From Cytophagales bacterium (GTDB taxonomy: Bacteria > Bacteroidota > Bacteroidia > Cytophagales > Spirosomataceae): DNA of 64,000 bases. The notes beneath the pieces were generated by a model that searched no databases, was not told the origin of the DNA, and saw only the letters and a list, made by a program, of their open reading frames with translations. The stretch covers positions 4,545 through 68,544 of the forward strand of contig JBBSUC010000029.1 of the NCBI GenBank assembly GCA_038235275.1. The letters run 5' to 3'. Shown piece after piece: positions 34,805 through 45,869 of this stretch; within the stretch, counting starts at the first letter, position 1, and each line of letters begins with the position of its first letter. Made by a program: the position numbers and the translations under genes.

Positions 34805-35673
34805 GAGGCGGGAATTAAATCATGGGTTTGCTCTTGGGCAGTTTCATCGGCAAACCATTGCTCGGGAGCAATTACTATCTTATCTGGCGCAGGGTTTAAC
34901 CATGCACCCCACCAACTAAAACTACTATTGGCGATGATATGATGGCGGCACTGGCTCATTAACTGCATGTCTTTGTGGCTATCGGCCTCTGCGTGGCATT
35001 CCACAAAGGTAACGGGATAGGGCAAAAGTAAATTTTCACGCGCCCAGGTCAAGTCATCGGAAAACACAAAAAAGTGAATATTGCTGAATCGCTCGGCTAG
35101 GTAATCTGAGGCCTTCTCGTAATAGTCTATCGAACAAAGACCGTGAAACTGCCGGGTCGCCGGGCTGTTTACGTAGTCGCCACGCCGAATGTGCAGGCTC
35201 GCAGAACGAGTCGTGCTGATTGATCCAGCTAATTCACTATTCGGTTCATTGATAAAATTCAATTTTTGTCGAAGCAAATCCTCAATCTTTTTGAAATATA
35301 ATTCCGATTGGAAGTACCCGACCAAATGCGTATTTATGGAGGTAGTTTCGAATAGGTCGGGATCGTAGCGCAGTGATCGCTCGCGGTACTCCGTTACTGG
35401 ATAGCCTCGCCTCGCTAATCGCTGCAGCGTTCCTGTAAGAGGCAGTTTCGTGAGACCCAGAGCAACACGGGCCGTTGGTGGTGGTAGATCAGGCGTTATC
35501 CCAAACGCGCCTAATTCAAAAATACGGGGCGTAACGACACAACCCTTTCCAAGATTTTGGAAAAAACTCAGATCGAAGGCTACGGACGTGCCGTGCCAAT
35601 GCGCCAGGGCGCGAGCCGTCGCGTACTGAAAGAGTTGGTTACCTAAGCCGCCTTGTAGTTTTACTGTAATCAT
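34789..35673 (-). CDS. family 11 glycosyltransferase (alpha-1,2-fucosyltransferase-like)
   Basis: N-terminus MITVKLQGGLGNQLFQYATA is the GT11 hallmark. A HxRRGDY motif (HIRRGDY) is also present. Confidence 0.8.
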   Translation of the reverse strand: MITVKLQGGLGNQLFQYATARALAHWHGTSVAFDLSFFQNLGKGCVVTPRIFELGAFGITPDLPPPTARVALGLTKLPLTGTLQRLARRGYPVTEYRERSLRYDPDLFETTSINTHLVGYFQSELYFKKIEDLLRQKLNFINEPNSELAGSISTTRSASLHIRRGDYVNSPATRQFHGLCSIDYYEKASDYLAERFSNIHFFVFSDDLTWARENLLLPYPVTFVECHAEADSHKDMQLMSQCRHHIIANSSFSWWGAWLNPAPDKIVIAPEQWFADETAQEQTHDLIPASWIRM

Positions 35674-36854
35674 ACTGTATCCAGGGGTTTGTTCGCCAGC
35701 AGGGCCAGGTACAAGCGCTCGTAGCGATCCGTTATTTTTTCCCAGGTAAAACGCTGCTGCCAGGCGGCGCGGGCCGAAGTACCCATTTCCTCTCGCAGAG
35801 TTTTATTTCTCAATAACTCTTCAAGCTGACGACTGGCGGCGTCGATGTCGGCGTAGCCACGCGTGTCGCGGAATTCAGTGGGAATGATTTGGCCCCCGCC
35901 CGTCCATTCGGCAATCTCGCGGGCATTGCCCACCTCGGTGGATAGAAAAGGCGTCCCCGCTGCTGCCGCCTCAAACAAAACGATGGGTGAACACTCGACG
36001 CGGGAAGGGAACAGGAACAAATCGGCTTCCTTGAACGCCTGCACGGTGTCCTCCCGACTCAGAGAACGCGACAGGATTTTCTTGCCTGACAACAGGTACT
36101 GTTTTGGCAGTTCTAGGTAGCGTCGCCGCCGTCCGAGTATTTTGGTAATTTTTGCCGGATTTTGTCCCACAAAAAGCAGCGTGGCGTTTTTGATACGGGC
36201 ATTTAGGAAAATCTGGATGGCCTCGTGATGGCCCTTTTCGCCCGTGAAGGTACCCACGTGCAGAATGAGCTTGGTGCGTATGCCGATACCCCGTTTTTTC
36301 TTGAGAAAAGGTTTAGGCATCGGCCCGAATTCTTCATGGGAAGCGCCGTTTGGAATGAGAATGGTGTTTTTTACTCCGTGCTTTTGGGCAAAAGTCGCGT
36401 CCTGGTAGGTATCTGACAAAAAGACGTTGGCGTCGAATTCGCGCAGCCAGTCGGGCATTTTTTCAAAATAGGCTTGATAAGCAGGGTCATGCAAAGCCGA
36501 GAAGCCCGTTGGCACAAACACTTTCCTGGCGGGAAGCGAGGAAAGATGCGGTAGCAGCAGGTCGGTTGCCCACTGCTGGGCAGCGAAGCAGGTGAAGAGG
36601 TCAAATTTTTCCTGTTGAACAAACTGGACATACTCCTCAGCGGGTCCCTTCGTGCCTCGGATAGCGTTGCCACTAATTGGGAACGAGCGAATACTCACCC
36701 CGTTCAAAGTGTCCAAATCACGATGGTCATCTTCCGAAGTAGCCACCGTCACGTCGTGACCGCGCGCTGCCAAACCCTCCGAAAGCTGCCTCACTACTTC
36801 CGCCATGCCATGCCGGGCGGGCAGGTAGGACTCGACGGTGTGGAGGATTTTCAT
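35670..36854 (-). CDS. family 4 glycosyltransferase
   Basis: MKILHTVESYLPARHGMAEVVRQLSEGLAARGHDVTV (GT4 N-domain) plus a C-terminal E..EAAAAGTP region. Start moved to the Met at MKILHT; the ORF extends upstream to 36887. Confidence 0.85.
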   Translation of the reverse strand: MKILHTVESYLPARHGMAEVVRQLSEGLAARGHDVTVATSEDDHRDLDTLNGVSIRSFPISGNAIRGTKGPAEEYVQFVQQEKFDLFTCFAAQQWATDLLLPHLSSLPARKVFVPTGFSALHDPAYQAYFEKMPDWLREFDANVFLSDTYQDATFAQKHGVKNTILIPNGASHEEFGPMPKPFLKKKRGIGIRTKLILHVGTFTGEKGHHEAIQIFLNARIKNATLLFVGQNPAKITKILGRRRRYLELPKQYLLSGKKILSRSLSREDTVQAFKEADLFLFPSRVECSPIVLFEAAAAGTPFLSTEVGNAREIAEWTGGGQIIPTEFRDTRGYADIDAASRQLEELLRNKTLREEMGTSARAAWQQRFTWEKITDRYERLYLALLANKPLDTV

Positions 36855-37591
36855 AGCTGCTGAGGTTTTGCCGCAATTATTCCACAATACGGTGATAACA
36901 GCCAGCTATCAAAGTTAACCCAGCGCAATAACCTCCAATGGATATGCTTCATGTACTTCTCCCGGTAATGTGTCATTCTTTCAGAGAGTTCACTATCATA
37001 CCAAAAAGCATATTTTCCAAAATACCCTTTATAAATAATTTCATAGCCAGCTTTTTCCAATAATGCTGCCCATTTGTCTGGATTCATGGCCTTAGTATTG
37101 TGTCTTTGCAGATTAGCACCATCGAATAATCTGTGCAACAAGAACTGGAATCCTCTAAAATTCGGCGTCGTTATAATGATTGTTCCATTAATAGAATTCA
37201 ATTCTATGTGCTTCTCGATTATTTCTTGAAAATTTGTAAAATGCTCGATAAAGCCAAAGGAACACACTACGTCAAACTTGTTTTTAGAGTCAAAATTCAG
37301 GACATCCGTTTGATAGAACTCGCCGTACTTTACATTGCGCTCAGCCAGCCAATCAGGTAGTCTGATCAAATGAGGCGTCAAGTCCAGACCATTTAACTTC
37401 ATCCCTCTTTTTCCAAAATGAATCAGATATCGTCCGGGAAAGCAGCCGATTTCTAAGATAGTTTTGCCCGATAACTCTTTATCTTTAAAGTAATAATGGC
37501 AAAGCCACTCGGTGAGCGTATCTTCCTCCTCGTAAAAACGAAAATTGTCATAGCTCCGATCCCAATACTGCTGGTCTAAGTTCATATCCAT
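36851..37591 (-). CDS. class I SAM-dependent methyltransferase
   Basis: ILEIGCFPGRYL motif I (GxGxG-like) and an acidic motif II. Sits between the GT genes and the Wzt-like ATPase. Confidence 0.8.
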   Translation of the reverse strand: MDMNLDQQYWDRSYDNFRFYEEEDTLTEWLCHYYFKDKELSGKTILEIGCFPGRYLIHFGKRGMKLNGLDLTPHLIRLPDWLAERNVKYGEFYQTDVLNFDSKNKFDVVCSFGFIEHFTNFQEIIEKHIELNSINGTIIITTPNFRGFQFLLHRLFDGANLQRHNTKAMNPDKWAALLEKAGYEIIYKGYFGKYAFWYDSELSERMTHYREKYMKHIHWRLLRWVNFDSWLLSPYCGIIAAKPQQL

Positions 37592-37612
37592 TCTTCAAAT
37601 TGACCTTACCCC

Positions 37613-38908
37613 TTACTCTAGTTGAGTTTTCCATTCGAGCATAGGGCGCATATATCCGGCGAGTCCTCCAAAATAATCGCCTCGCACCTCCTTACCATCT
37701 TCGATTGAAATATGAAGCAAGTTTTTCAGGAGCAAAGGATTTCGGTATGCTTCACCAGAAATGTTGAGCGACACATAATAATCACCTTGGTTAAGTAGGT
37801 GTTTCGGTATTTCGCAGCTTGTGAGGAATGACCCACAAGGCAGCGGTTTGCCGTAATACTGGGATTCGTGATTATTGATACTTTGAAAAATAATCTCGTC
37901 CAGATCATTCCATAGGGATAGGGTAAATCCTATTGAATGTCCTTCTTTTACAATCCGATACCTGATATTTATTTTGAAGGAAACATCAGTAGTCAGGACA
38001 TCATCTTCTTCTTCAGAAATGGCCTTTGCGCATATAGACAGCAATTCAATTCCTTGGTATATGGGTCTGTTGGTATCGTCCCATTCATAAGTCGAAATAG
38101 CGCTGTTCTCTACTTGCAGGTACTGATGAACCATCGCTTCGACCAATCCTTGATCTGTAATGCGGCCAAATTGCATAAGCATAGCTTGTTTGCAGAGTGA
38201 CTTCATTGCGCTCATATTATGACTCACAAACAGCACCGTCCGCCCATCGTTCTCGCTGACATCCTTCATTTTCCCCAAACACTTCTTTTGAAATTCGGCA
38301 TCGCCCACGGCCAGCACCTCGTCCACGACCAGGATTTCGGGTTCCAGGTGCGCAGCTACCGCGAAAGCCAGGCGCACGTACATGCCGGAGGAATAGCGCT
38401 TCACGGGCGTGTCGAGGTAGCGCTCCACGCCGGCGAAATCCACGATTTCGTCGAGTTTGCGGCGAATTTCGCCTTTTCTCATCCCGAGAATAGCACCGTT
38501 GAGAAAAATGTTCTCGCGGCCCGTCAGTTCAGGGTGAAAGCCCGTGCCCACTTCCAGCAGCGAAGCCATGCGGCCCCGCACCCGAATGCGCCCGGTGGTG
38601 GGTTTGGTCACGCGCGACAGAATTTTGAGCAGCGTGGATTTTCCGGCCCCGTTACGGCCGATGATACCCAGGATTTCGCCTTTTTTTACCTCGAATGAAA
38701 TATCCTGTAACGCCCACACGAAATCGCTCGTGCCTTTGGTCGCGCGGTCATTGGCCTGGCCTATCTTCTGGTAGGGATCTTCCCGGCCCCGTACGCCCGC
38801 CCACCAGCGCGTCAGGTCGCGGCTGAGCGTCCCCGTCGAGATCTCGCCCAACTGATAGAGTTTGGAAATATTTTCAACTTTGATGGCTACATCCGACATT
38901 TTTGACAT
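37613..38908 (-). CDS. Wzt/TagH-family glycan-export ABC transporter ATP-binding protein with C-terminal carbohydrate-binding domain
   Basis: Walker A GRNGAGKSTLLK, signature YSSGMYVRLAFA, Walker B ILVVDEVLAVGD, H-loop SHNM. An extra ~170-aa C-terminal beta-rich domain is present, as in Wzt C-terminal glycan-binding modules. Confidence 0.85.
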   Translation of the reverse strand: MSKMSDVAIKVENISKLYQLGEISTGTLSRDLTRWWAGVRGREDPYQKIGQANDRATKGTSDFVWALQDISFEVKKGEILGIIGRNGAGKSTLLKILSRVTKPTTGRIRVRGRMASLLEVGTGFHPELTGRENIFLNGAILGMRKGEIRRKLDEIVDFAGVERYLDTPVKRYSSGMYVRLAFAVAAHLEPEILVVDEVLAVGDAEFQKKCLGKMKDVSENDGRTVLFVSHNMSAMKSLCKQAMLMQFGRITDQGLVEAMVHQYLQVENSAISTYEWDDTNRPIYQGIELLSICAKAISEEEDDVLTTDVSFKINIRYRIVKEGHSIGFTLSLWNDLDEIIFQSINNHESQYYGKPLPCGSFLTSCEIPKHLLNQGDYYVSLNISGEAYRNPLLLKNLLHISIEDGKEVRGDYFGGLAGYMRPMLEWKTQLE

Positions 38909-39149
38909 TTAAGCTACGTCGCTCCAGCGCACAATGCGTCCGCTGACAGCATAGTATAACCCGAGTCTAAGACTTGCAAAACTTACTCCTTCATTTTCAC
39001 GCACTTAGCGGAGGACTTTTCCTTGATTAGCTTTAGGAAGTATCGCTTCCAATCACTGGCCTTTTTGAGTGTGATTGTTATGGTTTGTAATTTTACTTGG
39101 CGATGAAGATAGGGAGAATAATTGAATTGCTTGGGCTTCGGGCCGTTCA

Positions 39150-40493
39150 GTGAGACCGACCGTCGACGGCCATTTATTTTTAGTACGCAGTCTCCCTTCG
39201 GAGGACCCCGCACAACGTTCGCGGCGGGGGAAGACTACGAAGTACGGGGGCGAAGACAAAATCGGCCGCATGGCGAAGCTGGAGCAGCTCGAACCGATGG
39301 AGATCGTGCAGCGCTACACCAACGACTTCCACCGGGTCATGGAGGATTTCAACATCCTGCCCCCCAGCATCAAACCCACCGCCACGGGTCACCTCATCGA
39401 GCAGATCGAAGCCGTGCAGGATTTGATCGCGAAGGGTCTGGCCTACCAATCGAACGGCTCGGTTTATTTCGATATAAATGCCTACAACGAGGCGGGTAAC
39501 GACTACGGCAAGCTTTCGGGCCGCATTCTGGAAGACTTGCTGAACGAAACCCGCGAGCTGGACGGTCAGTCCGAGAAGCGCAATCCGTTGGATTGTTCGA
39601 TTTGGAAAAATGCCTCGCCCGAGCACCTTATGCAATGGAATTCGCCCTGGGGACGCGGATTTCCCGGCTGGCACCCCGAATGCACTTGCATGAGCGCCAA
39701 GTACCTGGGCAACCAATTCGATATCCACGGCGGCGGTATGGATCTGAAATTCCCGCACCACGAGTGCGAAATCGCGCAGGCCAAGGGCCTCACGGGTACC
39801 GATCCGGTGCGCTACTGGATGCACACCAATATGCTGACGGTCAACGGCCAGAAGATGTCGAAATCGCTGGGTAATTCGTTCCTGCCCGCCCAGTTATTCA
39901 GCGGCGACCACGAACTGCTCGACCAGGCATACAGCCCCATGACGGTGCGGTTTTTCATGCTGCAAAGCCAGTACCGCAGCACCCTGGATTTCTCGAACGA
40001 CGCCCTGAAGGCCGCCCAAAAAGGCTTTAAGCGGCTGGCTAATGGTCTGCGTATCGTAAAAACGCTGGAATACACCGCCGAGGATGGTATAGCACCGGAT
40101 GAGAAAAAGCGGGTCAACATCGCGCAGTCGTTGCAGGGCTTCTACGACGGCATGAACGACGACCTGAATACTTCCGTCGCCATCGCGCACCTTTTCAATT
40201 TGTTGAAGTATGTGAATATGCTGTACATGAATCAGTCGAAATCGGCGGCCCTGGGCGAGGAGCTTTTCGCCCAATTAAAAGCCAACTTCGTGACTTTCTT
40301 CGAGGACGTCCTCGGTTTGCAGGAAGAAGCCGCCGAAGGTACGGCTGTATTGGCAGGAATGCTAAGCCTTTACCGCGAATACAAAGCCGCGCAGCAGTAC
40401 GACAAAGTCGATGAAGTGCGTTCTTATTTCAAAAATCAGGGATTGGGGATTCGGAACATGAAGCACCGGATCGACTGGGCGTACGAGGAGTGA
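39150..40493 (+). CDS. cysS: cysteine--tRNA ligase, apparently N-terminally truncated/decayed
   Basis: Strong CysRS homology from ~[19 protein letters not shown] onward, including Zn-binding [29 protein letters not shown] and KMSKS. No CGPTVY/HIGH-motif region is recognisable in the upstream ~250 bp in any frame. The ORF starts at GTG, directly preceded by an in-frame TGA. Confidence 0.75.
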   Translation: MRPTVDGHLFLVRSLPSEDPAQRSRRGKTTKYGGEDKIGRMAKLEQLEPMEIVQRYTNDFHRVMEDFNILPPSIKPTATGHLIEQIEAVQDLIAKGLAYQSNGSVYFDINAYNEAGNDYGKLSGRILEDLLNETRELDGQSEKRNPLDCSIWKNASPEHLMQWNSPWGRGFPGWHPECTCMSAKYLGNQFDIHGGGMDLKFPHHECEIAQAKGLTGTDPVRYWMHTNMLTVNGQKMSKSLGNSFLPAQLFSGDHELLDQAYSPMTVRFFMLQSQYRSTLDFSNDALKAAQKGFKRLANGLRIVKTLEYTAEDGIAPDEKKRVNIAQSLQGFYDGMNDDLNTSVAIAHLFNLLKYVNMLYMNQSKSAALGEELFAQLKANFVTFFEDVLGLQEEAAEGTAVLAGMLSLYREYKAAQQYDKVDEVRSYFKNQGLGIRNMKHRIDWAYEE

Positions 40494-40775
40494 GTGAGTT
40501 AGTTAAAGCGAGTGATACAGTTCTATTTACACTCCCAAGCTCAAGACCAGGTCCCACGCCGTCAATGTACGATTTGACAATTTCCCTCTGCTATGCTACG
40601 AAACAGGTCATTACGCGCTAATGTCTTCCCGGCTTTTGCGCTTTGCTGCTGATCGTGAAGTTGTCGCTTGCTCCACGTACACGGCCAACTAGTGACAACG
40701 GTCAATCTGCGGCACCAAAAACAAAACGGGCTACCCCTTGATAGCCCGCTACTGTAATTAGGGTATTGGCTAAAA

Positions 40776-42158
40776 TCAGAAACCACTTACATTCAGACGA
40801 CCGCCTGTTACTGTCTTGCCACTTAGCGATGCCGTGGCTACAGCTGTATTCAAGATAGTGGCCTTTAAAGTTGCCCCTCTGTCACCACTATGCGCTGCGC
40901 GAAGAGCAGCACCACCGGTTACGTGGGGTGTAGCCATGGAAGTACCGCTATACGAGCCATAGGTATTTGGAGGCAAGGAGGAATAAATCCCTGAACCGGG
41001 AGCGCCCAGATCAACCGTATTAGCACCGTAATTGGAGAAGCTGGATATAGCACCTGTGCTGGTGATAGAGGCTACAGCAATAATATTAGCGCTTGTATAG
41101 CCAGAAGGATAACTAAGCGTAGCATCATTGTTATTGCCGTCATTACCAGCGGCGGCTATGAACAGGATATTCTGGGTATTTGCCCGATCAATAGCGTCTT
41201 TCAATGCTTGTGAAAAGCCACCGCCTCCCCAGGAGTTGTTACTGGCAACCAGGTCAATACCATGACGCGTTTTCATATCTGTCAAATAATCTACAGCCTT
41301 GATGGCGTTGGCAGTAGTACCACCCCGACGGCCCAGGAATTTGCAGGAGATCATTTTTACGTTCCAAGTCACGCCGGCTACGCCTATTCCATTACCACCT
41401 ACTCCACCAATGGTACCGGCTACGTGTGTCCCGTGCTTATCCACTGATCCTCTTTTACCACCATCATAAACTGAATTGTTGTTACCGTCAAAATCCCAGC
41501 CATTGACATCATCCACGTAGCCATTACCGTCATTATCAATACCATCTTCTTTATCAAAGGGATTGATCCAAATGTTAGCACTCAGATCAGGATGATCTGT
41601 CTGAAAACCTTCATCAATGATTCCTACAATCACGGTTGAAGAACCAGTATGACCAGCTGCCCAGGCTTCACCCGCCTGACTGCCAAATTCGTTTGCCGGA
41701 ATGGTAGCATCGCCGTACATGCCCCACAGCGAACCGTTGGTAAAATACGTATCGTTGGAGGTCGCATCGTAGGTATAGATGTAATTGGGCTCGGCGTATT
41801 CAACATTTTCCAAACCTTTCATGCGTCCCACCGCCTCAGCTGCATCCAGCGGAGTTCTGATCAGGTACAGCCCATCCCGGTCTCCGACTTTTTCCATCAT
41901 TTTGGTCAAGATCCGCTCCGATACCACACCATTGACCCGGCTGAGGGCTCTCTCCCTTCCGGTTTCACTGGTACCGGGCTTGAATTTGACCAAAAATTCA
42001 TTCGGGACTACGTCCTGTGCCCCAACCCGGGCCGAAGAGCGGTCAGGAGTAGGACTTTCGATAAAATCGGGCTCGGTCATACATCCCGTTACCATAAATG
42101 CGACGGCTAATGCTACCCAGCCAGATGGTGTTCCCCATTGTCTACAATTCATTTTCAT
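40776..42158 (-). CDS. S8 family subtilisin-like serine peptidase lipoprotein with I9 propeptide
   Basis: Lipobox AFMVTGC. Catalytic triad contexts: Asp (IIDEG/VGIIDEGF), His (HGTHVAGTIGG), Ser (GTSMATPHVTG). Confidence 0.85.
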   Translation of the reverse strand: MKMNCRQWGTPSGWVALAVAFMVTGCMTEPDFIESPTPDRSSARVGAQDVVPNEFLVKFKPGTSETGRERALSRVNGVVSERILTKMMEKVGDRDGLYLIRTPLDAAEAVGRMKGLENVEYAEPNYIYTYDATSNDTYFTNGSLWGMYGDATIPANEFGSQAGEAWAAGHTGSSTVIVGIIDEGFQTDHPDLSANIWINPFDKEDGIDNDGNGYVDDVNGWDFDGNNNSVYDGGKRGSVDKHGTHVAGTIGGVGGNGIGVAGVTWNVKMISCKFLGRRGGTTANAIKAVDYLTDMKTRHGIDLVASNNSWGGGGFSQALKDAIDRANTQNILFIAAAGNDGNNNDATLSYPSGYTSANIIAVASITSTGAISSFSNYGANTVDLGAPGSGIYSSLPPNTYGSYSGTSMATPHVTGGAALRAAHSGDRGATLKATILNTAVATASLSGKTVTGGRLNVSGF

Positions 42159-42423
42159 ACATTTGATTTAAAGGTGCTTTGAAAACGAAATGTAGAAATT
42201 AATTTTAACATATTTTTCTCCGTTCAAAAAAATTTACAAATTATTTTTTCATGTTTCCAGACGCATCACTTATCGGCCAGTTTTTTGTCGTTTATCAACT
42301 TTCAGTGTCTTATCGTATTCTAAGCCTGTTTTCTGAATTACTTCGGTTACAACGCGCCATCTCCTGCTGCTCCAGTTTCTTAACTGGGGGCTTAACACAA
42401 AACAATTCTGTGACTTCTAAAAT

Positions 42424-45312
42424 CTACCCTTCCGCTTCCTCCGCATACTCCTCCACCGGAATACACGCACAAATCAAATTCCGATCGCCGTAGGCGCTAT
42501 CGACGCGGCTGACGCTGGGCCAGAACTTGTTGAAGCGCAGGGCGGGGAGCGGGAAGGCGGCTTTTTCGCGGGCGTAGGGGCGGGTCCAGTCGTCGGACAG
42601 CACCACGCGGGCGGTGTGGGGGGCGTGTTTCAGGACGTTCTCGGCGCGGTCGGCCTGGCCGGTTTCTACTTCGCGAATTTCCTGGCGGATGGCCAGCATC
42701 GTGTCGCAGAAGCGGTCAAGTTCGGCCTTGGATTCCGATTCGGTGGGTTCGATCATGAGCGTCCCGGCCACCGGGAACGACAGCGTGGGGGCGTGGTAGC
42801 CGTAGTCCATGAGCCGCTTGGCGATGTCCTCGGCCTCGATGCCCGCCGCCTTGAACGGACGGCAGTCAAGGATCATTTCGTGGGCGCAGCGGCCGTTAGC
42901 ACCGGTATAGAGTACCTGGAAATCGTCGCGCAGGCGTTCCTTGATGTAGTTGGCGTTCAGGATCGCCGTTTTGGTGGCGTTGGTCAGGCCCGCGCCGCCC
43001 ATCATGGCGATGTAGGCGTAGGAAATCGTGAGGATGCTCGCGCTGCCGTAGGGCGCCGCCGACACCGCACCCGCCTTGCCGATTTTGCCGCCTTCGAGGC
43101 TGACGTGTTGCGGCAGGAACGGCACCAATTGCGCCGCCACGCCGATGGGCCCCATGCCGGGACCGCCGCCGCCGTGCGGAATGCAGAAGGTTTTGTGCAG
43201 GTTGAGGTGGCAGACGTCCGCCCCGATCAGGCCCGGACTCGTCAGGCCGACTTGCGCGTTCATGTTCGCGCCGTCCATGTACACCTGTCCGCCGTGTTCG
43301 TGGATCAGGCCGCAGATTTCCTTGATGCTTTCTTCAAAAACGCCGTGCGTGGACGGGTAGGTGACCATCAGGCAGGCGAGTTGGTCGCTGTACTGCTCGG
43401 CCTTGGCCCGCAGGTCGGCGACGTCGATGTTGCCGCGCTCGTCGCACTTGGTCACCACGACTTTCATGCCCGCCATCACCGCCGAGGCGGGATTGGTGCC
43501 GTGCGCCGATGACGGAATCAGGGCCACATTGCGGTGGCTGTCGCCCCGGCTTTCGTGGTAGGCGCGGATCACCATCAGGCCCGCGTACTCGCCCTGGGCA
43601 CCGGAGTTGGGTTGCAGCGACATGGCCGCGAAACCCGTAATTTCGCACAACCAGGCGTTCAGTTCCTTAAACATGATCTGGTAGCCACGCGTCTGCGCGA
43701 AGGGCGCGAAGGGGTGAATCGCCCCGAATTCCGGCCAGGTGACGGGAATCATCTCCGCCGTGGCGTTGAGTTTCATCGTGCAACTTCCCAGCGCAATCAT
43801 CGAATGCACCAGCGATAGATCCTTGTTTTCCAGCGATTTGAGGTACCGCAGCATCTCGTGTTCGGTGTGGTTGGTGTTGAACACCGGGTGCGTCAGGTAG
43901 GGCGTGTGGCGAGTCAGGTTCTCGGGAAAAGCGATTTCCATTTCTTCCTCGATTACCATCTCGCCCGCAAAGCCGGAAACCTCAGCGAAGAGGTTCAGCA
44001 GGTTGATGACATCGTCGAAAGTCTTGGCCTCGTCGAACGACACGCTCACGCGGTTATCGGGGAACGGATAATGCCGCAGGTTGACGCCCCACTTGCCCGA
44101 TTCTTCTTTCAGCTTTTTGGCCAAAGCCGTCTGAATCGTGATGGTGTCGAAGTAGTCGTCGGTCGTGACGTGGAAATTGAATTTCTTGATCGTCTCGGCG
44201 AACAGTTTGGCCAGGCCGTGCGTCCGGGCGGCGATGGCTTTCAGTCCGTCGGGACCGTGATAGACGGCGTAGGCCCCGGCCATGACGGCCAGCAGTACCT
44301 GCGCGGTGCAGATGTTGGACGTGGCCTTTTCGCGGCGGATGTGTTGCTCGCGGGTTTGCAGGGCCATGCGCAGGGCGCGGTTGCCCTCGGCGTCCACCGA
44401 CACGCCGATGATGCGTCCCGGCAGTTGGCGTTTGAAGGCGTCTTTGGTGGCAAAAAACGCCGCGTGCGGTCCGCCGTAGCCCATCGGCACGCCAAAGCGC
44501 TGCGCCGAGCCGACGACCACGTCGGCCCCCATTTCGCCGGGGGCTTTGAGCAAAGTCAGGGCCAGCAAATCGGCGGCGACGGCCACGGTGAGGTCGAGTT
44601 CGTGGGCGGCGGCGATGAAGTCGGTGTAGTCGTAGGCCTGTCCGTTGGTGGCGGGGTACTGGACCAGCGCCCCGAACAGGGCCTCCTGCGTGAGGTCGAT
44701 GGTACGGTGGTTGCCGACCAGCAGTTTGATACCCACGGGCTTGGCACGGGTGAAAAGCAGGTCGATGGTCTGCGGGTGGCAGAGGTCGGAGACGAAGAAG
44801 GTATCGGCGGCTTTTTTGCTGGCGGGCCGCGCGGCGTAGAGCATCGTCATGGCTTCGGCGGCGGCGGTGGATTCGTCGAGCAGCGAGGCGTTGGCGATTT
44901 CCATGCCCGTCAGGTCGGTGACGACGGTCTGGAAATTAAGCAGCATTTCGAGCCGTCCCTGCGCGATTTCGGCCTGGTAGGGCGTGTAAGCCGTGTACCA
45001 ACCCGGATTTTCCAGAATATTCCGCAGGATGACGTTGGGCGTGATGGTGTCGTAGTAGCCTTGCCCGATGTAAGTTTTCAGAATAGCATTCTCACTCGCC
45101 ATTCGCTTGAAGCCCCGCAAAAAGGCGCGTTCCGAGCGGGCGGGCGGCAGGTTCAGCGGCTCGGCCATGCGGATGCCCGCCGGGACGGTCTGGTCGATGA
45201 GTTCGTCTAAGGTTTCGACGCCCAGCGTTTGGAGCATTTCGCTGAGTTCGGTTTCGTCTTTGCCGTGGTGGCGGTTTTCAAATTTTTCCTGGGACTGGAG
45301 ATTGATTTTCAT
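42424..45312 (-). CDS. gcvP: glycine dehydrogenase (decarboxylating), P-protein
   Basis: 962-aa single-chain GcvP with the characteristic two PLP-dependent domains. Confidence 0.95.
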   Translation of the reverse strand: MKINLQSQEKFENRHHGKDETELSEMLQTLGVETLDELIDQTVPAGIRMAEPLNLPPARSERAFLRGFKRMASENAILKTYIGQGYYDTITPNVILRNILENPGWYTAYTPYQAEIAQGRLEMLLNFQTVVTDLTGMEIANASLLDESTAAAEAMTMLYAARPASKKAADTFFVSDLCHPQTIDLLFTRAKPVGIKLLVGNHRTIDLTQEALFGALVQYPATNGQAYDYTDFIAAAHELDLTVAVAADLLALTLLKAPGEMGADVVVGSAQRFGVPMGYGGPHAAFFATKDAFKRQLPGRIIGVSVDAEGNRALRMALQTREQHIRREKATSNICTAQVLLAVMAGAYAVYHGPDGLKAIAARTHGLAKLFAETIKKFNFHVTTDDYFDTITIQTALAKKLKEESGKWGVNLRHYPFPDNRVSVSFDEAKTFDDVINLLNLFAEVSGFAGEMVIEEEMEIAFPENLTRHTPYLTHPVFNTNHTEHEMLRYLKSLENKDLSLVHSMIALGSCTMKLNATAEMIPVTWPEFGAIHPFAPFAQTRGYQIMFKELNAWLCEITGFAAMSLQPNSGAQGEYAGLMVIRAYHESRGDSHRNVALIPSSAHGTNPASAVMAGMKVVVTKCDERGNIDVADLRAKAEQYSDQLACLMVTYPSTHGVFEESIKEICGLIHEHGGQVYMDGANMNAQVGLTSPGLIGADVCHLNLHKTFCIPHGGGGPGMGPIGVAAQLVPFLPQHVSLEGGKIGKAGAVSAAPYGSASILTISYAYIAMMGGAGLTNATKTAILNANYIKERLRDDFQVLYTGANGRCAHEMILDCRPFKAAGIEAEDIAKRLMDYGYHAPTLSFPVAGTLMIEPTESESKAELDRFCDTMLAIRQEIREVETGQADRAENVLKHAPHTARVVLSDDWTRPYAREKAAFPLPALRFNKFWPSVSRVDSAYGDRNLICACIPVEEYAEEAEG

Positions 45313-45455
45313 GCTGGGTATTGGCAGAGTGTTGATTTCGGGAGTGCAAAAATAGGGATTTGAGATGGGCTAACATTTTGTTTTTAAAAGAAGTTTTTAC
45401 AAAAAAAGCCCCGGAAAAAATTCCGGGGCTCAATGCTATTTGTACGAAAGCTGTT

Positions 45456-45704
45456 TCAGGTACCAGGGCAGCCACAGCTACTCTTTCGCTTGAAAATACC
45501 CAGAATTTTCTTGCTGCGGGGCTTCTTGTAGCCTTTATATTTCTTACGTTTCTTCTTTCCATTCTTGCCAAACAAACCCATTTCGGTTTTAGCAATCGTG
45601 ACTTGGGGCGCAGCCACTACCCGCGCTTCTGCTTCGATGCCGAATCCAACCAGCATCCAGCCGGAAAGGAAGAATATAATGAGTTTCTTGTTCATGGTTT
45701 TCAA
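45456..45704 (-). CDS. small secreted lysine-rich protein (hypothetical)
   Basis: 82 aa. Signal peptide MKTMNKKLIIFFLSGWMLVGFG, then a highly basic tail (KNGKKKRKKYKGYKKPRSKK) ending CGCPGT. Confidence 0.3.
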   Translation of the reverse strand: MKTMNKKLIIFFLSGWMLVGFGIEAEARVVAAPQVTIAKTEMGLFGKNGKKKRKKYKGYKKPRSKKILGIFKRKSSCGCPGT

Positions 45705-45869
45705 TATCGTGAAGGTGCAACCTTTTCTTTATGAACGTATTGATTGAAAATTTATTCCTCTCAAATCCAGGCGAAGTATCGATAATCGGCTATACTTATG
45801 GTGCCTTTTTGAAGTCCGGTTGTCGTTAACCTTTGACCGTTAACCTTTTAACCCAAAGGCCTGCGTCGC

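Noticed and set aside
39122-39499. 125-aa alternate-frame ORF overlapping the 5' end of cysS
   Set aside because: Its translation is Arg/Gly/Pro-rich with no similarity to the CysRS N-terminus, so it is a shadow frame.
42616-45210. Antisense ORFs of 298 and 450 aa within gcvP
   Set aside because: They are shadow ORFs opposite a clearly identified 962-aa glycine dehydrogenase gene, and their translations are Arg/Gly/Val-rich low-complexity sequence.
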